DNA of 64,000 nucleotides from Hyphochytrium catenoides (Eukaryota > Protista > Hyphochytriomycota), in the NCBI GenBank assembly GCA_900088475.1, contig FLMG01002348.1, positions 1-64,000 on the forward strand. The letters are read 5' to 3'. Positions 38,020 to 52,400 of this stretch are shown in pieces; positions within the stretch are counted from its first letter, which is position 1; every line of letters begins with the position of its first letter. The notes under the pieces are model-generated. The model saw only the letters and a program-made list of their open reading frames with translations, searched no databases and had not been told where the DNA came from. Position numbers and translations under genes: made by a program.

Positions 38020-41000
38020 TCACTTCATGTTTGAGACAAGTTTGGCATACTTTCCGTTGAGAGCTACAAGTTGGTCATGCGTGCCTTCCTCTCTCACTTT
38101 TCCTCTCTCAATATAGTATATTCTATCAGCGTTCTTGATGGTCGACAGACGATGTGCGATAATTAGAGTGGTTCTTTTCTTCATCTGCAGCAGGTCATCC
38201 AATGCCTTTTGGACAATTGCCTGTGATTTCAGGACGAGGGCCAAGCCAGATTACAGAATTACGTTAGAAAGACGGTCCAATAGGCGGAGTGAAGAAGACC
38301 AGGTACTTGAATGGTTCAGACTGAAGATGTATCGAGAAAGGGTGAGCGTTTGATGAAGGCTCCAGTAGCGGTCTCTTGGAATGGAGAGAGGAAACCGAAG
38401 GAGACTTTGGCTTCCAATACCTCGCTTTCGGTATCAAGGGCTGAGGTCGCCTCGTCTAGAAGGAGGATAGCTGGATCGCGAATGATTGCACGTGCGATGG
38501 CAATGCGCTGCTTCTGCCCTCCGGAAAGCTGGACACCTACAGATCACGCAAGAAAGGAACGGCAGAGCGTGAGGAAACTTGGAAGATAAAGGGGCTACGA
38601 AGAGAGATGTTGTCCAACCTTTCTCTCCGACTAGTGTCTCGTACTGGTCCGGCAGGTTGCAGATAAACGAATGGGCATTTGCCATCTTTCCAAGACGCAA
38701 AGGTGTAGAGCGTTAGCAAGGGTGCAATGTAGCTGTGGAAGAAGATAGCCGCTATACCTTAGCTGCCGCGATAATCTCATCCATCGTAGCATCGGGTTTG
38801 CCATAAGAGATATTCTCGCTAATACTTCCGGAAAAGAGAACCGGCTCTTGACCTACCAGGCCAATCTGAGAACGGAGCCAGCTCACGTTAATGTCAGGAA
38901 GGGGTACCCCGTCCAATGAGATCGAGCCGCTTCGTGGATCTGTGAGAGGTTACAATAATAAGAAGCACGGCGATTTAGTACAGTACTAAAATGCGAAGAA
39001 AGCGGAGAAGGTGAGGGGTCTGGGCAGTTCATGAGTTGGGACCAGACAGTGGGGCTGAAGATAAATAGCGAGTTGAAGGAAGCGAGCGGTGTTTCGCGTA
39101 CCATAGAACCTCTCTAGGAGATTGACAGCAGTACTCTTGCCACTGCCACTTGCTCCAACTAATGCCACAGTCTGGCCAGCTGCCACCTTGAAGGTATAAC
39201 CGCGGCACACTGGAACCTTGATAGAAGAATAGTGTTCAATAAGACGCTAGATATCTACCGAGAAACCTTCCCAAGAACTTGGAGACAGGAGATATTCCAA
39301 GGGATGCAACTATGGCGATCAAAGCAAGGGAACAGCCAGACAAATGGCTTACATTCGGTCTGCTGGGGTAGCTGAAGCGCACTTCGTTAAAGCTGACTTC
39401 CCCTGCCACCTTCTGAAGTATCTTTCCTTTCTCACTCTCCGAGTCAATCTTCGGGTCGGAGTCAATGAGTGAGAAGACATTACTAATAGCAACTCGTGCC
39501 TTGGAGCTATCTGTCATATCTTGGGCGGCGTTTCCAAACCCGTAGGCGCTGTTGATAAAATAGTGGATGAGAACCTCTACAGAGCATGAAAGCAACAACA
39601 AAAGCAGAAGACAAAGTGTGTGGACGGAGGAATCAGGGGTGCCCATCGCACAGCAAGACGAACTCTCTTTAACACTCTCTAGTGCTTCACTGCCTCTCAC
39701 CTTAGTAGAATAACCACAACCGCCACGAGGAGGGCCTGGAAGCTGATCTTTCTTGGGCTGGTATCTGGGAGAGTGTATAGTTTCGAGCCATACCAAAACA
39801 CAAGAGCCAGAACACCTAAAACTAACATCTGGCTTGCACCAAATGCTAGTCCCAGACCGATAGCTTGTCTCCTGGCAACCTATAGAAAACCACCAAGGAG
39901 CAGGCGTGTGAGGGCTTGACCGCACAGCGATTGTGCCAACATCTAGTTATCCAGTTACAGAGTAAGAGCACACTGAGAAGAGAGCGTTCGTACCTTTCGA
40001 TTAGCATAGAGACCCTCTGCATAGCGGTTGATGATGGTCTCTTCCAGATCAAACGCAGCCACTGTTCTAATGTTATTAATTCCTGCAGGAAGTCACTCTC
40101 AGACGCTAGTACTGAAAGCGCAACCGACTGTCCTGCCCTCTCTTACTTCTAGTCAAGACACAAGATCTCACCTTCAGAGATCACACTAGCAGTTCCCTGC
40201 TTCAGGTTGCCTTCATTTTGCTTGACTCTTGCATACTCGACGACACCGGTAAAAGCCAGCAGAGGAAAGACTGCCAACATAATAAGAGACATCTCCCACG
40301 AGTAGAAGAAGGAGATACAAAGTGCAAGAATAAGGGAGAAGAGGTTTGCCACATGGCGTGCGATGCTTTCTCCAGTCTGGGACTGTATTAGCGTGCAGTC
40401 CTCGGCTAGCCTAAGAGAAAATTTCATTTTAGTGCTGCAGAAGGATTGCAATAGAGCCGAAAGAAGCTAGGTTGTTGAGACACATGCACGTGCTGATAGC
40501 TCACAAAGAACAACATAGCGACAGGGCATCGGCTTAGGAATGATACCAGGAGAGAAGACAGAGATAAAAGAAGGCTATAGAGCGCGGAGTGACTAGAATT
40601 TGTGTGAGCATCACCGCTGACAAACTGTTCCGGAGTCGTGGTTGGGCATATCAAACCACTCGATCTCCTTCCTGAGGATTGCCTTGAAGGTCTGCTCGCG
40701 GACAGCTCTAGTTACTTTCTCTCCTGCGACGCCAAAGCCATAGTATTGGGCCATGTTGCCTGAAGATATCATACGTGTAAGAGAAGGCGCAATATCGTTA
40801 TAAATTAGACCAATATGACATATCTAGCTGGAAAATACTTTCTCCTTAAGACGCCATAACATGAGGCCGTGATGAAAGGGCCATCAATTTGCGGTCTCGC
40901 AAGGAATTCAGGTGCTTAGATAGAAAGAGTTACGAGAAATGGACATACCGACAAGAGCTCCGGTGCCGACCGCGACGAACATCAGCCCATAAAAGACCGT

Positions 41001-44000
41001 GTCCTCCTCAACCTTCTCCGCGTCCACGCCTGCTCAACAGGCACAGATGGAAAATAAAGTTTAGTTAGGGAGGGATAAACGCGCAACATAAGGAGCCAAC
41101 GCGACCAGAATTGGCAGTACTTCTGTCAAGCTTCTCACTAAGAACTAACTCCGAAGTACATACCAAAGAATGAAGCAATCATCTTTGCAATAAAGAGTCC
41201 CCAGAGTGGGAAAACTGCGCCATTCATAAGAGCGCCCACCAATCCTAGACCCAGGAAGGGAAAGTTGTTGCTCCCAAGGGAGTAAAGCCGTTTGGCAGGG
41301 ACCTTGTATAGCCTAGTAGAGTAGAGAGAAGAGCAGCTGTTTGTAAGCACCTTTGGGATGTCCTTCTACATTCCAACTTCATAGATAAACGTCTCTTGGA
41401 AGGTGCGATCTCTCTCTTTGTCCTGAGGATACGTAACCTCTCCTCCGCCCTCCTCCCTTCCGGCCGAGTCCTTGTTCTTCGCGGTTACACTTACTCTTCC
41501 TTCTTTGCTCCTGTCTCTAAATCCAGCGTAATCCCGGCATTTGACTGAAAGACAGAGGTACTTGAAGAGACAAGTGTTGCGTCCCTTCCGGGATACAAAG
41601 TTGAACTTCCTGCTTCTCTGCGCTCATCCAATAGCACCTGGGAACCCCAGAGGCTACTCCGCCGGTGACACTCGTCGTCTTCATCTTTCACCTCTTCTTT
41701 CTGTCTATCAACCAGACGGCGATAGTGGCCATCTTCTATCGCTAAGAGATCTTCGTGCTTGCCTTCCTCAACCAGTCTTCCGGCCTCAAAGACAGCGATC
41801 TTATTGGCATATCGAATGGTTGATAGACGATGAGCGATAATAATAGTTGTCCGCTTATGCTTCTCCAGAAGAGAATCTAACGAGGCCTGGACAATCCGCT
41901 CGCTTTCATTATCTGTTTATAGAAGCAAGATCGCCAGGGTATGAGGCCATGAGAATATAGAGGAGGAAAGTGAATGGACTTAGATAACGCCACGTCCTCT
42001 GACTTTCACAGGAGAGTGGACTGTCAGAGATATAACGAGGGAGATAACCAACACGCCCAAAGAAAACTTGAGGTACAAGACCTCTGCCTACCGAGTGCAG
42101 AAGTAGCTTCATCCAGCACCAAAATGGCTGGGTTCTTGATAATGGCACGAGCTATCGCAACTCGCTGGCCATTAAAACAAATGAAGGAAGGAGGAGGTGA
42201 TATTTAGTCTCGTCGTCTGAACACAACCTTTTGGTCCTATGCCTGACCTGCTTCTGCCCTCCTGAGAGCTGGATGCCCTTCTCGCCAACTTCAGTCTCAA
42301 AGCGCTTGGGGAAAGACTGAATAAACTCATAGGCGTTCGCAAGTTTGGCTGGAGAAACAAGGAGACCATGATGATGCAGGGCAGAAAAGAAAGTGTCAGA
42401 GGTGCAATAGCCATGCTCTCGAAATTCACTAGGCGCAAACGTAAGCGAATGATAGTGGATTAGCGCGCAGAAGCCCCAAGACGACAGCAGTCTCGTATGA
42501 GAACATAGGAGCGCTTGAATTCGTGAATCCGGGACAGTAATGTCTTTACCTGCACTCTCTACCTCAGCCATCGTGCAGCCAGGCTTTCCATTCGCAATAT
42601 TCTCCGCAATAGTGCCACCGAAGAGCACCGGCTCCTGACTCACAAGCCCTAAATGGTGCCAATAGAAGGTCAAAACAGAAAATAATCCAAAGTGGTGGTA
42701 GAGAGAAATGCGGTGTGAGTTTACATGACTAACTTTCAAAACGTCAAACCAGAGGCAGAAAAGAAAGAGATACTGACCAATTTGCTGTCTGAGCCATCGA
42801 ACATTAAGCGTCCTGAGATCCATCCCATCAAGGTACACCGCTCCTTCTTGAGGATCATAGAATCTTTCCAGCAGCGCTACAGCCGTGCTCTTTCCACTTC
42901 CACTATGGCCCACAAGAGCCACCGTCTCTCCTGCCCCAACCTTGAGGTTGTAGCCCCTGCAAACAGGGGCCTGAGGGCGGGTAGGATAGGCGAACGTGAC
43001 ATTTCGGAACTCCACCTGCAACGTGACATGGTAACGAAAGTGAGATAGCCACATCGTCAGTAAAACTCAGAGAAAGAAAGTCGACTGAGCAGGTCAAGAC
43101 ATACATGACCCTGGACAGGATGGAATGGCTGGGAACAGGACGACCCCTACCCACACACAGCTACATCGAGTGTGTCCTACCTCGCCTCTGACAGTTGTCA
43201 GTTTATTCCCTTCGTCGCTCATAGCATCGATATGTGGCGTGCGGTCCAGCAGGTCAAATATCGGCGCTGCCGCCGCACCAGCCCCCGCTACTGCCATGAA
43301 GGACGGCGCGGCCTGGCCAAGCGCGATGGAAGCCAGAATCACAGAAAAGAAAACACCGACGACCACACCACCTGAAGCAGTTGTACGTGTGAGGCCAAGA
43401 AGAGGTAGGACAAGAAGGTCACAAAGCTTAACAGTACCCTGCTAACGACACTAGACTCAGAAGAAAAAAGTGCCAATAAAGAGCTATAGCGCATAGACAA
43501 GGAGGTGGAGTGTCAGACCTGTGACGCAGGAGCTGTCTGATGTGCCTATGAAGCATCCCCTACGAATGTCATCAGCCACCACCTGGCCGCCATACCACAT
43601 GCCTAATGCATAGGCTGCAAATGAGAAAAAGAAGAACAAGCCGTTGGCGATCCCAAGAGCCACACTCTTCTTAATTCCTCCTCTTTCGGCGTCCTTTAGG
43701 TTCTCCGCATAGCTAAACGGGAAGAGGCAACGTTAAAGAGATAAATCAAAGAAGTGAAGCCGTAAATGGAGGAGGAGAACGCTACTGATAGGGATAGCAT
43801 ATGGAAAATGAACAAAGGTTACCTACCGTTGCACTTCTCTCTTCTGTCCGCCAAACGCGACCACAGTTCGGATGGAAGACAGCACCTCCGAGGCCACGGC
43901 CGCGGCCCGTGCATAAGCTTCCTGGGTCATGCTCTGGGCTTTCCCCGATGACCTAGAGAAAGAGACGCGAACGGATATAGAAGAGGGAAACAGGCGATGT

Positions 44001-45561
44001 CAACTAAGCAGAGCGGACAGATTAAATGAGGCAAGTGAAGGGGGATTTGAAGGACGAGTGAAGTGACCCCTTATCATTGTCGCCTCCTGGGTCCCATAGG
44101 TCTTCCCATATTGGTTGACCGGCAGTCTTTAGCATACCTCACAAGATTCCATGCAGTGAAGCCCAGAACTGGCAGCACGGAAATGATAACGAGTGTCAAT
44201 TCCCAGCTTTTAGAGAACCCCAGGGCATAGCCTCCAATAAACATCGAGGAATGCTGGATACCGTCGGCAAACTTACGACCAATGCCCTCCTATGTAAGGC
44301 CACAAGTTAGATGTCAGACATAGACACATGCCCTCTAAGTAAACCCAAGCATCTCCGCCACGCAGGATCATACTTTGACTCAAAGGTCATCAGCAAGTAT
44401 GCGGGTAGAAACGACACAAACAAACCAACAATCTTGACAGTATTGCTACCAACGGTTGACGAGAGACTAAGGCAAGGTCACAGCGAACTGTGAAACAGAA
44501 AGACAAAGAAGCTAGGGATAGCGTAATGTGTCCTAAGAAGCAGCAAAACGACAACGAGAGAGTAAGTCAACCTGAATGGCCGTTGTCTTTTCTACGACTC
44601 CGCTGACAAGGTCTCCAGAGTTCTTGAAGTCAAACCAGCCGATTTCCTGCCTCAAGATGGCAGCTACATAGTGCTTTCTCAGCTTCCTGGTCTGTCTCTC
44701 CGCAGTGGTGTTCCAGCAAAACGCTTGTAGAAAACCGGAAACGAGGGCGACCGCTGCAAAGATGCAGAGATATTGCACCTGCTTGAGCACCTCGTCCATA
44801 AACTAGCAACAACAAGAGAAGTGTGAGATGGTGGCAAGTGAGATCTTGCGCAGTGTCAGGCTAGTAGAGACATTCTAAAGAGAGAGACACTGAGTAACAC
44901 GACATCAAATCCTGAACCTAGAGACAAGTGGACTGCAGTTATTATGGAGAGGGAAGGAGGATCTGACGCGGTTCAGGAGTAAAGTGTGGATTAATCTACG
45001 CAAACGCCGAAAGGACATATACTGCAGCATGGCTCTTAAAGGTGTAGGGCGAACGTTCCAGAAAGTAGGTACAACTCCTACTTCGTCATTGGTCCCGTTA
45101 AGTGAATCAAAGAGCTGCCCAAGCACTACTGTCATCGCAGGCTGGACCAGACCCATCAGCACCGCTCCCACACTCCCCACGACCATCAGGAAGATATCAA
45201 GCTCATCTGCATAGGAGAAGATCCTAATGAAAGACGGAGTATTGGCTAGTGGATCATCCACATGGATTGCACCCTCCTCTGGAGCCCGTTCATTAGGCAT
45301 GGCAGGTTTGGCATCAGGCCTTGGGTCTCTAGTGGTGACAGACAGGTCACTCTTCCTCTCTGCCGCCTCTGTGGAAGGCCCAGATGTCTTCGGCGTCAGG
45401 GCCTGAAAGTAGGGTGCCTCAACAGGCTCTCTTGATCCCTCGGCCCCGCGCATATTCGAAGCCTCAAGGCACAAAGGTCCTGTAGCACTCGGATCCTCAC
45501 CGGGTGAGCGCGCGGCCTTTGCGCCGATGTCGGAAGCACTAGGGCTGTGAAGTTGTGACAT
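38020..45561 (-). CDS. ABCB1: Full-length ABCB1/MDR (P-glycoprotein-like) ABC transporter, TMD-NBD-TMD-NBD, multi-exon
   Basis: TMD1: [37 protein letters not shown]1: [54 protein letters not shown]2: [61 protein letters not shown]. The start ATG (MSQLHSP) is inferred. Confidence 0.95.
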
Positions 45562-46339
45562 TGTCTGATTGCATTCCTCCGCTGCCAATTTCTCAAACGT
45601 CCAGCCGTTGAGCACTCGAAGTAGCACACAAGCGCCAAGGCTGCAGAAGTACGCAGTAAGAAAGGTCAGAACGCAACTACAAGTACGGCATGGTAGAACG
45701 ACAGCGACGAAAGGCTGCTAAGCGAGACAGGACAAAGAGCGGGAGCAAAATGGAGGAGTGAGAGGCAGAGATGGAGCTGGATCGTGGGATGAACCGCTGC
45801 GCATAGGGTGTGAGCTCCAGGCAAACGGAGGCTACTAAAGATAAGAGGCATGAAGCCGAAGAAACCAACACTGCAATATACTATCAGGATTGAGGCGAGC
45901 TTCTTACGCGGAAGGACACACCGGCGGCTGTTATGTACACTGGCGAGCAGCCTAAGGTAGAGTGGTCTTAGTACTCTTAGGGCACGAAGAGAAACGAAAA
46001 ATGATGATCTGGGCTTTGGGCCTTCTCGACCTACTCTTATTAGCTCCCCTAGTGCAGCCAAGACATTGTCTCATCTACCGTCTCCCTCTCAACCCCCATC
46101 GTCTGGCGCTTCGTCAATATCGTCCATTGTGTCATCTGCATCGTTGGGCTAGGACGGGCACTTCTCACGGCTTGGGTCTGCTCCTCCCTCCGCCTGTCTC
46201 ACCGTCGACCTTACTCTTCTTGCCAGTCGACAATCCCACAACCTGTGGGCAGAAAGTCCCTTATCTAGACATTTTGGCCCTCTTCTCATGATGCCGAAAG
46301 GAGAGGATTTCTTTCGTCCTAAGATGCCGCCCAATAATC

Positions 46340-46530
46340 TTTCCTTCCTTCCTCTCTCTTTCTCCCTTTTTCTCTCTCTCTCACTCTCTCCTCTCTCATC
46401 TCTCATCTCTCCTCCTCTTCTCTCACTCACTCCTCTTCTAACTTCCTCTTTTCTCATTTGTCTCTCTGTCTACATCTTCTACGAACTCTGTTTCGTCTCT
46501 CTTTCCCTCTTTCCCTCGTCTCTCTCTTTG
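46340..46530. repeat. CT-rich polypyrimidine tract
   Basis: Low-complexity CT run upstream of ABCB1, directly visible. Confidence 0.85.
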
Positions 46531-48750
46531 GTATCTTTTGGACGTTCTTCAGCCTTTATACCGCGTCTCCCTATCACAATGTATAATACAATATCTATAC
46601 AACAGACACAGAACTGATTGATAGTTAAACCTCCCTCGTAACGTGTGTTACGTTCTATGATAATACTGAAACTCTACTATCTCTGGCACTATCGACTATC
46701 GCAAGCTCGTATCCTCACAAAGTTGCTGAAGTCAAGGGAACGACAGCGAAGACCACCGAGACACCAAGGTAAGACAACACCAGTGCGGCAGCGGCGCTGT
46801 TGAAGCGGCAACAACGTGAGGTATCTCCTGCCCTATCTCTGAAAATGTGGGGGCTCTAGCACCTCTAGTACTTGAGGAAGCAGTCCCTAGACTTTTCTCC
46901 TTAGTGCTGGTGCCATAACAGCAACAAGTGGATCCTCCGGCTTATAGATTAAGAGGAGGAGCCACAAGAAGGTGGATGATGAAGAGAAACGAAAGAAGCA
47001 GCAGCCGATGTCATGATGGTCAAGGAAAGAAGTGGCATGGGCCGGTATGTGAATGTCCAAGCAGGAAGAAAGGTATCGAGCAATAAACTACCTCTTGGTG
47101 TAATATCTTCCTTCTAATATGGAATAAATATCTTTGTTGTGACTGTGCATCTTCTTCGTCGAGTCAGCTACCCTATTATTATTGCCTGGTTCACTACAAG
47201 TCATATATCATCATTAACCTCCCAGCCGCAAGCACTACCAGGATGAGGGAAGTTTTCTTCTGATGGTAGTGGCACAGTGCTCCTCCACCTTTTCGAAGAG
47301 GAAGGCTGGTCAGTAGAAGAACCGCATTGCCGTCTCAAAACAGAGAGAGATGAACAAGGCGTCTGGGAATCAAATCATTCTTCGTCGATGCGATTGAAAG
47401 AAATGACAAAAACGCTTGGTTTGATGATGGGCTGTTGAATGAGCAATAATTCAGAAGCACCAAAAGGAGTTGCGCTCATGCCATCCACAGATGCCTAATC
47501 ATGCCAAATAATAAATAAAGAGCGCTATTGTGTTATTAGCTGATGGGCTGGCTGGACAGCCAGGCCGGGAAGGGGAGGGGGATGACAAATAAAAACGTCG
47601 GACAAGAAATAGTGGCGAAGTGCGTCCAGCCGACGGGTAAAGAAGAAGTGCAATGGGAGAGGAGGAGCGCTGGGGAACCACGAGGCCAGAGACGCGTTGA
47701 TAGTAGCACGCATTAAACATTGAAGTGTCAAATGAAGTGACTAGCCGGGAGTCCTGGACAACGTCATCAACGGGCAGATCAACAAGCAGAACGCTGGACA
47801 ACAACCCAAGATGCGTTTGACATACAACTGACGATGATTTCAGAGAAGTAAGAGCACCACCCATCCAGGAGCTCTCTCTCCTCCTCCAAACAACATAGTT
47901 GAGAAACATTCTATTTTCTTAGGAGGAACAAATGAAGAAATATGTCACAGTCATACAAGGAAGAAGACGATAACGAGGGTAAAGATTAGATACCAACAAT
48001 CCGACGCGACGGTCAGTAGCAGCTCCCCCCAGTTCAAGCGCAAGAAGGAGAAGAAGGAGGAAGGCTAGTGAACCGACTGATGTATCATGTATGAAGGAAT
48101 ATGGGAATACAGGCTTATCAGAGACAGGAATAAATAACTAATGTCAATTTTGGGCTATTTTAGCTTTTGTTGGTCATTCAACCCTATAATCTCATAATAG
48201 TTCTTTTCACCGTCTCTGCTGATCCTTCTTAGCAACACCATCATCCACCATTCCTTGTCTTTATCACTAAAGAACTACAAGGACGATGATGAGGGCTTTT
48301 ATAGCATTTTCCTTAGCTGATGACTACCGCCGCGAGGATCCGAAGTCCAAGAAGAAGCTCCTATTGCTATACTTATATAGTCGTCTATGCTTGTGTTGTT
48401 GTTGTTTATCTGGTGATGGGAGAATTTATATGATTTATAGGAAAGCAAGCAGGCAGGCTTTGCTAGCTGCTTCTTGCCATTCATCATCTTAGACTTTTTG
48501 TCATCACCTGTACTCACCAATAGAGTCATCCTCATAAGCTCAAACAACGGGACGGCAATGGACGCGGCGGGTGGGGTGGTGATGCGGGGCAGCCTACTAG
48601 TTCTTCCTAGGCCTGGTATTTCTGTGTGCATCATCATTATCTTCTTCAAGGAGCAAAGCTTGCTATGGAACTCCTGGGGAAGCTCTGCACAGCGTCCTGC
48701 TAAGCTGGAAGACTTCAATAATTTTGGCAAATCGCATCGCTCCCAGCAAT

Positions 48751-48824
48751 GGCCTGTTGGCCCAATTGGATAAGGCGCCTGACTACGGATCAGGAGATTC
48801 TGGGTTCAAGTCCCAGGCGGGTCA
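48751..48824 (+). tRNA. tRNA-Arg, anticodon ACG, intronless
   Basis: GGCCTGT/GCGGGTC acceptor stem, D-arm TGGCCCAATTGGATAAGGC (A box), anticodon arm CCTGA-CTACGGA-TCAGG, T-arm CTGGG-TTCAAGT-CCCAG (B box). A T-run terminator follows immediately and no CCA is encoded. Confidence 0.95.
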
Positions 48825-49443
48825 AAAATTTTTCGTCCTTTAGTAAGCTCCACTACAACATTATTACTACAAATGCTAGGTGCTCGAAACGCCACGATCA
48901 TTTGTTGTACTGTAGACACAGGAGGAGAAATGATTGTCTCTTAGGGGTGGTTGTGGACACCAAGATCTTCAGGGATGAGGAATGGGCAAGGTTCTGACTC
49001 CCAACGCTATCTATGGGCGGACTTCTCTTTTCTTTCAACCGCCAGCGCCACCCAGCAGTCTTCCTTGATGAGGTGAGACTTCATGGCGTCCAAAGAGGAA
49101 GCAAAGCTCTGCCTACTATCTAGTAGATGGGCGGGCATAGGATCACCTCCTCCTCTATGGCAGCGGCTCGTAGTGGTGGTGGGCAGTGGGCAGTAAGTGG
49201 CCATGTATTCCATGAGGGTCTCGCTGCTCCGCCGCCTCCCAAGTCCATCTCTGCATCACAATCTCCCTGGTCACATCCAACAGAGGAGGCTTGATGTCAT
49301 ACGGTGCGGTGCGGCCTTTCCCTCCTCTGACTTGCATCAAAGACAACTTTTCCTGACAGCCTCCACGCAAGTTCCCTAGCCAAGATAATAGTTCCCTAGC
49401 AGGATTACTTAAAGACCGGAGAAGAGACATTCTACTTTGAAGT

Positions 49444-52400
49444 ATGAGTGGCTCGGTTGCCGCTGGCGGCCCACATGACCTTGGTGGCTTGGTGCCACCA
49501 TCTCCAGTTAAGAATAGTGACGAGGCTTTCCCTAATCTGCAGGATCCCGCGGTAGCGAGCCAAGTGAAGGACAAGCCTGAGAAGCACTGGGAAATGCAAG
49601 TGAACGCCCTGCTTGTCGTGCTTTCATGCAAGAAGCCAAAGCCTCTTCTCACCACTGATGAGCTTCGAAGAGGTGAATCTTCTATTTCTTATTTGCTCTT
49701 GCTCTTCCTATTGAATAAGCCTCTGCGATAAGGCTTCTTACTAGCTTCCTAGTCACTTTCCTCGCTTTCGTCTCTCTATGTTCCTCTCCGTTCTTCCTGA
49801 CTACTCTGCCTCGCTTCTGTCTCTTGAGTTCGTAATATGACGCTCGTCTACATTGTTTACCTCTCTGTGGCACCTTATTGCCCCGTCCTCAGGCGTCGAA
49901 GCCTTGCAAGAGAAGGTGTACCAGTCTTGGGGTTATTATGACCGATGGGCTGCGTCTATGACGAACATCCTTATTGAGAGAGGAATCATCTCCTTAAAAG
50001 AAATGGAGGATGAGCTATCAGGGGACGAAGCAAGAGAAGGGGCTTCTTTCTCTTCCGACCCCAAGTTTAAGACCGGAAACAGAGTGCAAGTGAAGAAGGA
50101 AGACACCCGCTGCCGATGGAGAAAGCCTCATCTTCGAACTCCAGGGTAACTGTGGCACCAATACGCATTCCGAGCCTGCCAACTGCCTATACTAAAGACT
50201 TTTTGGTCTTTGCTATCGTCCCTCCTTCTCCGTAGGTATATCTTTGGGTGCAGTGGTACGATAGAACGGTACTGTGGTTGCTTCCCTGACCCCTACTACG
50301 AGGCCTTCAGGGACTCGGCTCCTCCGCAGCATCTCTACCGTGTTCGCTTTCTTCAAAGGGATCTTTGGCCGGAGTATGAAAGAGGGAACGATGACACAGT
50401 GGACGTGGAAGTGTATGAGGGATGGCTGAGAGCAGAAGACGTTGAAAGGACGTTTGAGGAAGGAGGTGAAGATGTCGAATACCGCCGTGCACCAACTGAC
50501 GAATGCCAAGAAGGTAGGGAACTTGCTAAATTCGCTGTCAGGTCCCGTTGTCATCTGCTTTCCGCGCCGCGCTATCATGTGATCAACTTACAGCGCCTGG
50601 CCTGCCTGCCTAGGTCATTTAGCGATATTCTCATGCTGACTAACATGCCATCCTCGAGTCATCTGCCCTTGTAGCGAATATTTGTTTCTGCCTTTCGTTT
50701 CTAAATATTATCATTTCTCTTACCGTCAACCTTGACACAGTCTTCTCCTAACGCACGTCTCCTTCGGCCATGGAATTGTGTAGACGGTTTGGACCATCAC
50801 TCGCATCACCACCATGCGGATGGCGACCACGGGCACGTGCACGAAGCAAGGGCTACAGTGGAGCAAACCGCCATCGAGAAGGAAGGGGAGCCAACAGCGG
50901 GACAGGTACTGATATTACAGCTATAGTTACACGAAGTTGACTAGAGTGGGAGGGAGGAACGTCTGTTCCATTGTGAATGTTCACCCGTAGCCTGTCGAAG
51001 CCAAAATAGTGTCTTTGGTCTTTCCTATCTTCTAACCGGGAGGCCCTTAGGCTGTCGGTGAGGCTCTCCTTCGTCTCTTGGAGAGAAAGGGGATAGTCCG
51101 CAGGGACGAGATCAATCAAGTCATAGCAAAGACGGAGGAAGCTCACCATAAATTGCTTGGTGTACGTGGACTATATTGATTACTATGCGTCCTGCACTCC
51201 TCCATTGCTTCTGATACGAACTGGAACCCCACCTCTGTCGTGTCCTCCTCTTTCTTAGGCTCGTTTGGTTGCACGGGCCTGGACGGATAGCGAGTTCAAG
51301 GATAGGCTGCTCGCAGATGCTAGCAAAGCGGCAGAGGAGCTTGGCATCAAGACTAGCAATCCTAACGCTCCAACCGTGCTTACTGTCGTAGAAGACACGC
51401 CCCAGGTATGGTCTTTCGAAATGGCTCTGACGATTTTTTTTGTCACTACTTTCTCCTCCTCTGCCTAGCCCATGCGGCAATGGGATTATACAATGGCATT
51501 GGGGAATTCTTGGCCATTTCGTGTACGTTTCATTGCTGCTCACCACACCCTTGCTTACTGTTGTAAGTTACATGCCCGACGGTGGTAGGCCTTGGGCTTG
51601 TAAAGCTCTTGATGATGGCCCTCTCACAAGCTGTCCTCCTCTTCTCTCGCCTTCGGTAGGTCCACAACGTGATTGTCTGTACTCTATGCAGCTGCTACCC
51701 ATCTTCCATCCTTGGATTCTCCCCATCGTGGTACAAGAGCAGGTACATTCGCCACCATCACAGATTGTGGGGTGTAGGTGGGAGAGAGAAAGTGAGGAGG
51801 AAGGGAGACGATAGATTAATGGTGGGAAAGCTGGTGGAAATGAAAGAGACCAAGCGGCACAGTGGTGAGAAAATCAGAGCAAACAGGAGGCTTCCAGGGT
51901 ATGGTCCGCTCCATTGCCTGCGACAAGAATCTCCAACACTGCTGGCATACGAAAGACAGAGGCATTGAGCGCAGACAGAGAACAGGAGGTTGAGATATTT
52001 TTACTTCCCGGTGAAGAAAATTAAAGCATTGTGTTCTCCAGAACCTATAGGTCCAGGGTGGTAAGGGAGCCACGTACTGTGCTGGCGGAGGTAAGAATAA
52101 CCTTCAGTCTCCTTCTTATAGCAGATAATCCTCTTCTCACTTTTGCCTGCAATCGTCCGACAATTTCACGCGTGCCTCCTTCAGTTTGGGACACACCTGC
52201 CTCCAACAGTGAAAATTCAAGTCCACGACTCCACTGCTGACAACAGGTGAGCGAGACTGCCTAACCATTCTGACGGCTCCTCTCTGGCTATCTGACACCC
52301 TCAACCTTCTTGTCTTTTCTCTATCCCTTCATTTTTTGTCTTTGCCGTCCTATGGACTCAACATAATGCGTCAATCTAGGTATATGGTGCTGCCTTTACG

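Noticed and set aside
49007-49655. Minus-strand ORFs upstream of or overlapping NHase as a possible activator gene
   Set aside because: They show no similarity to P14K/NhlE or CobW motifs and are largely antisense shadows of exon 1.
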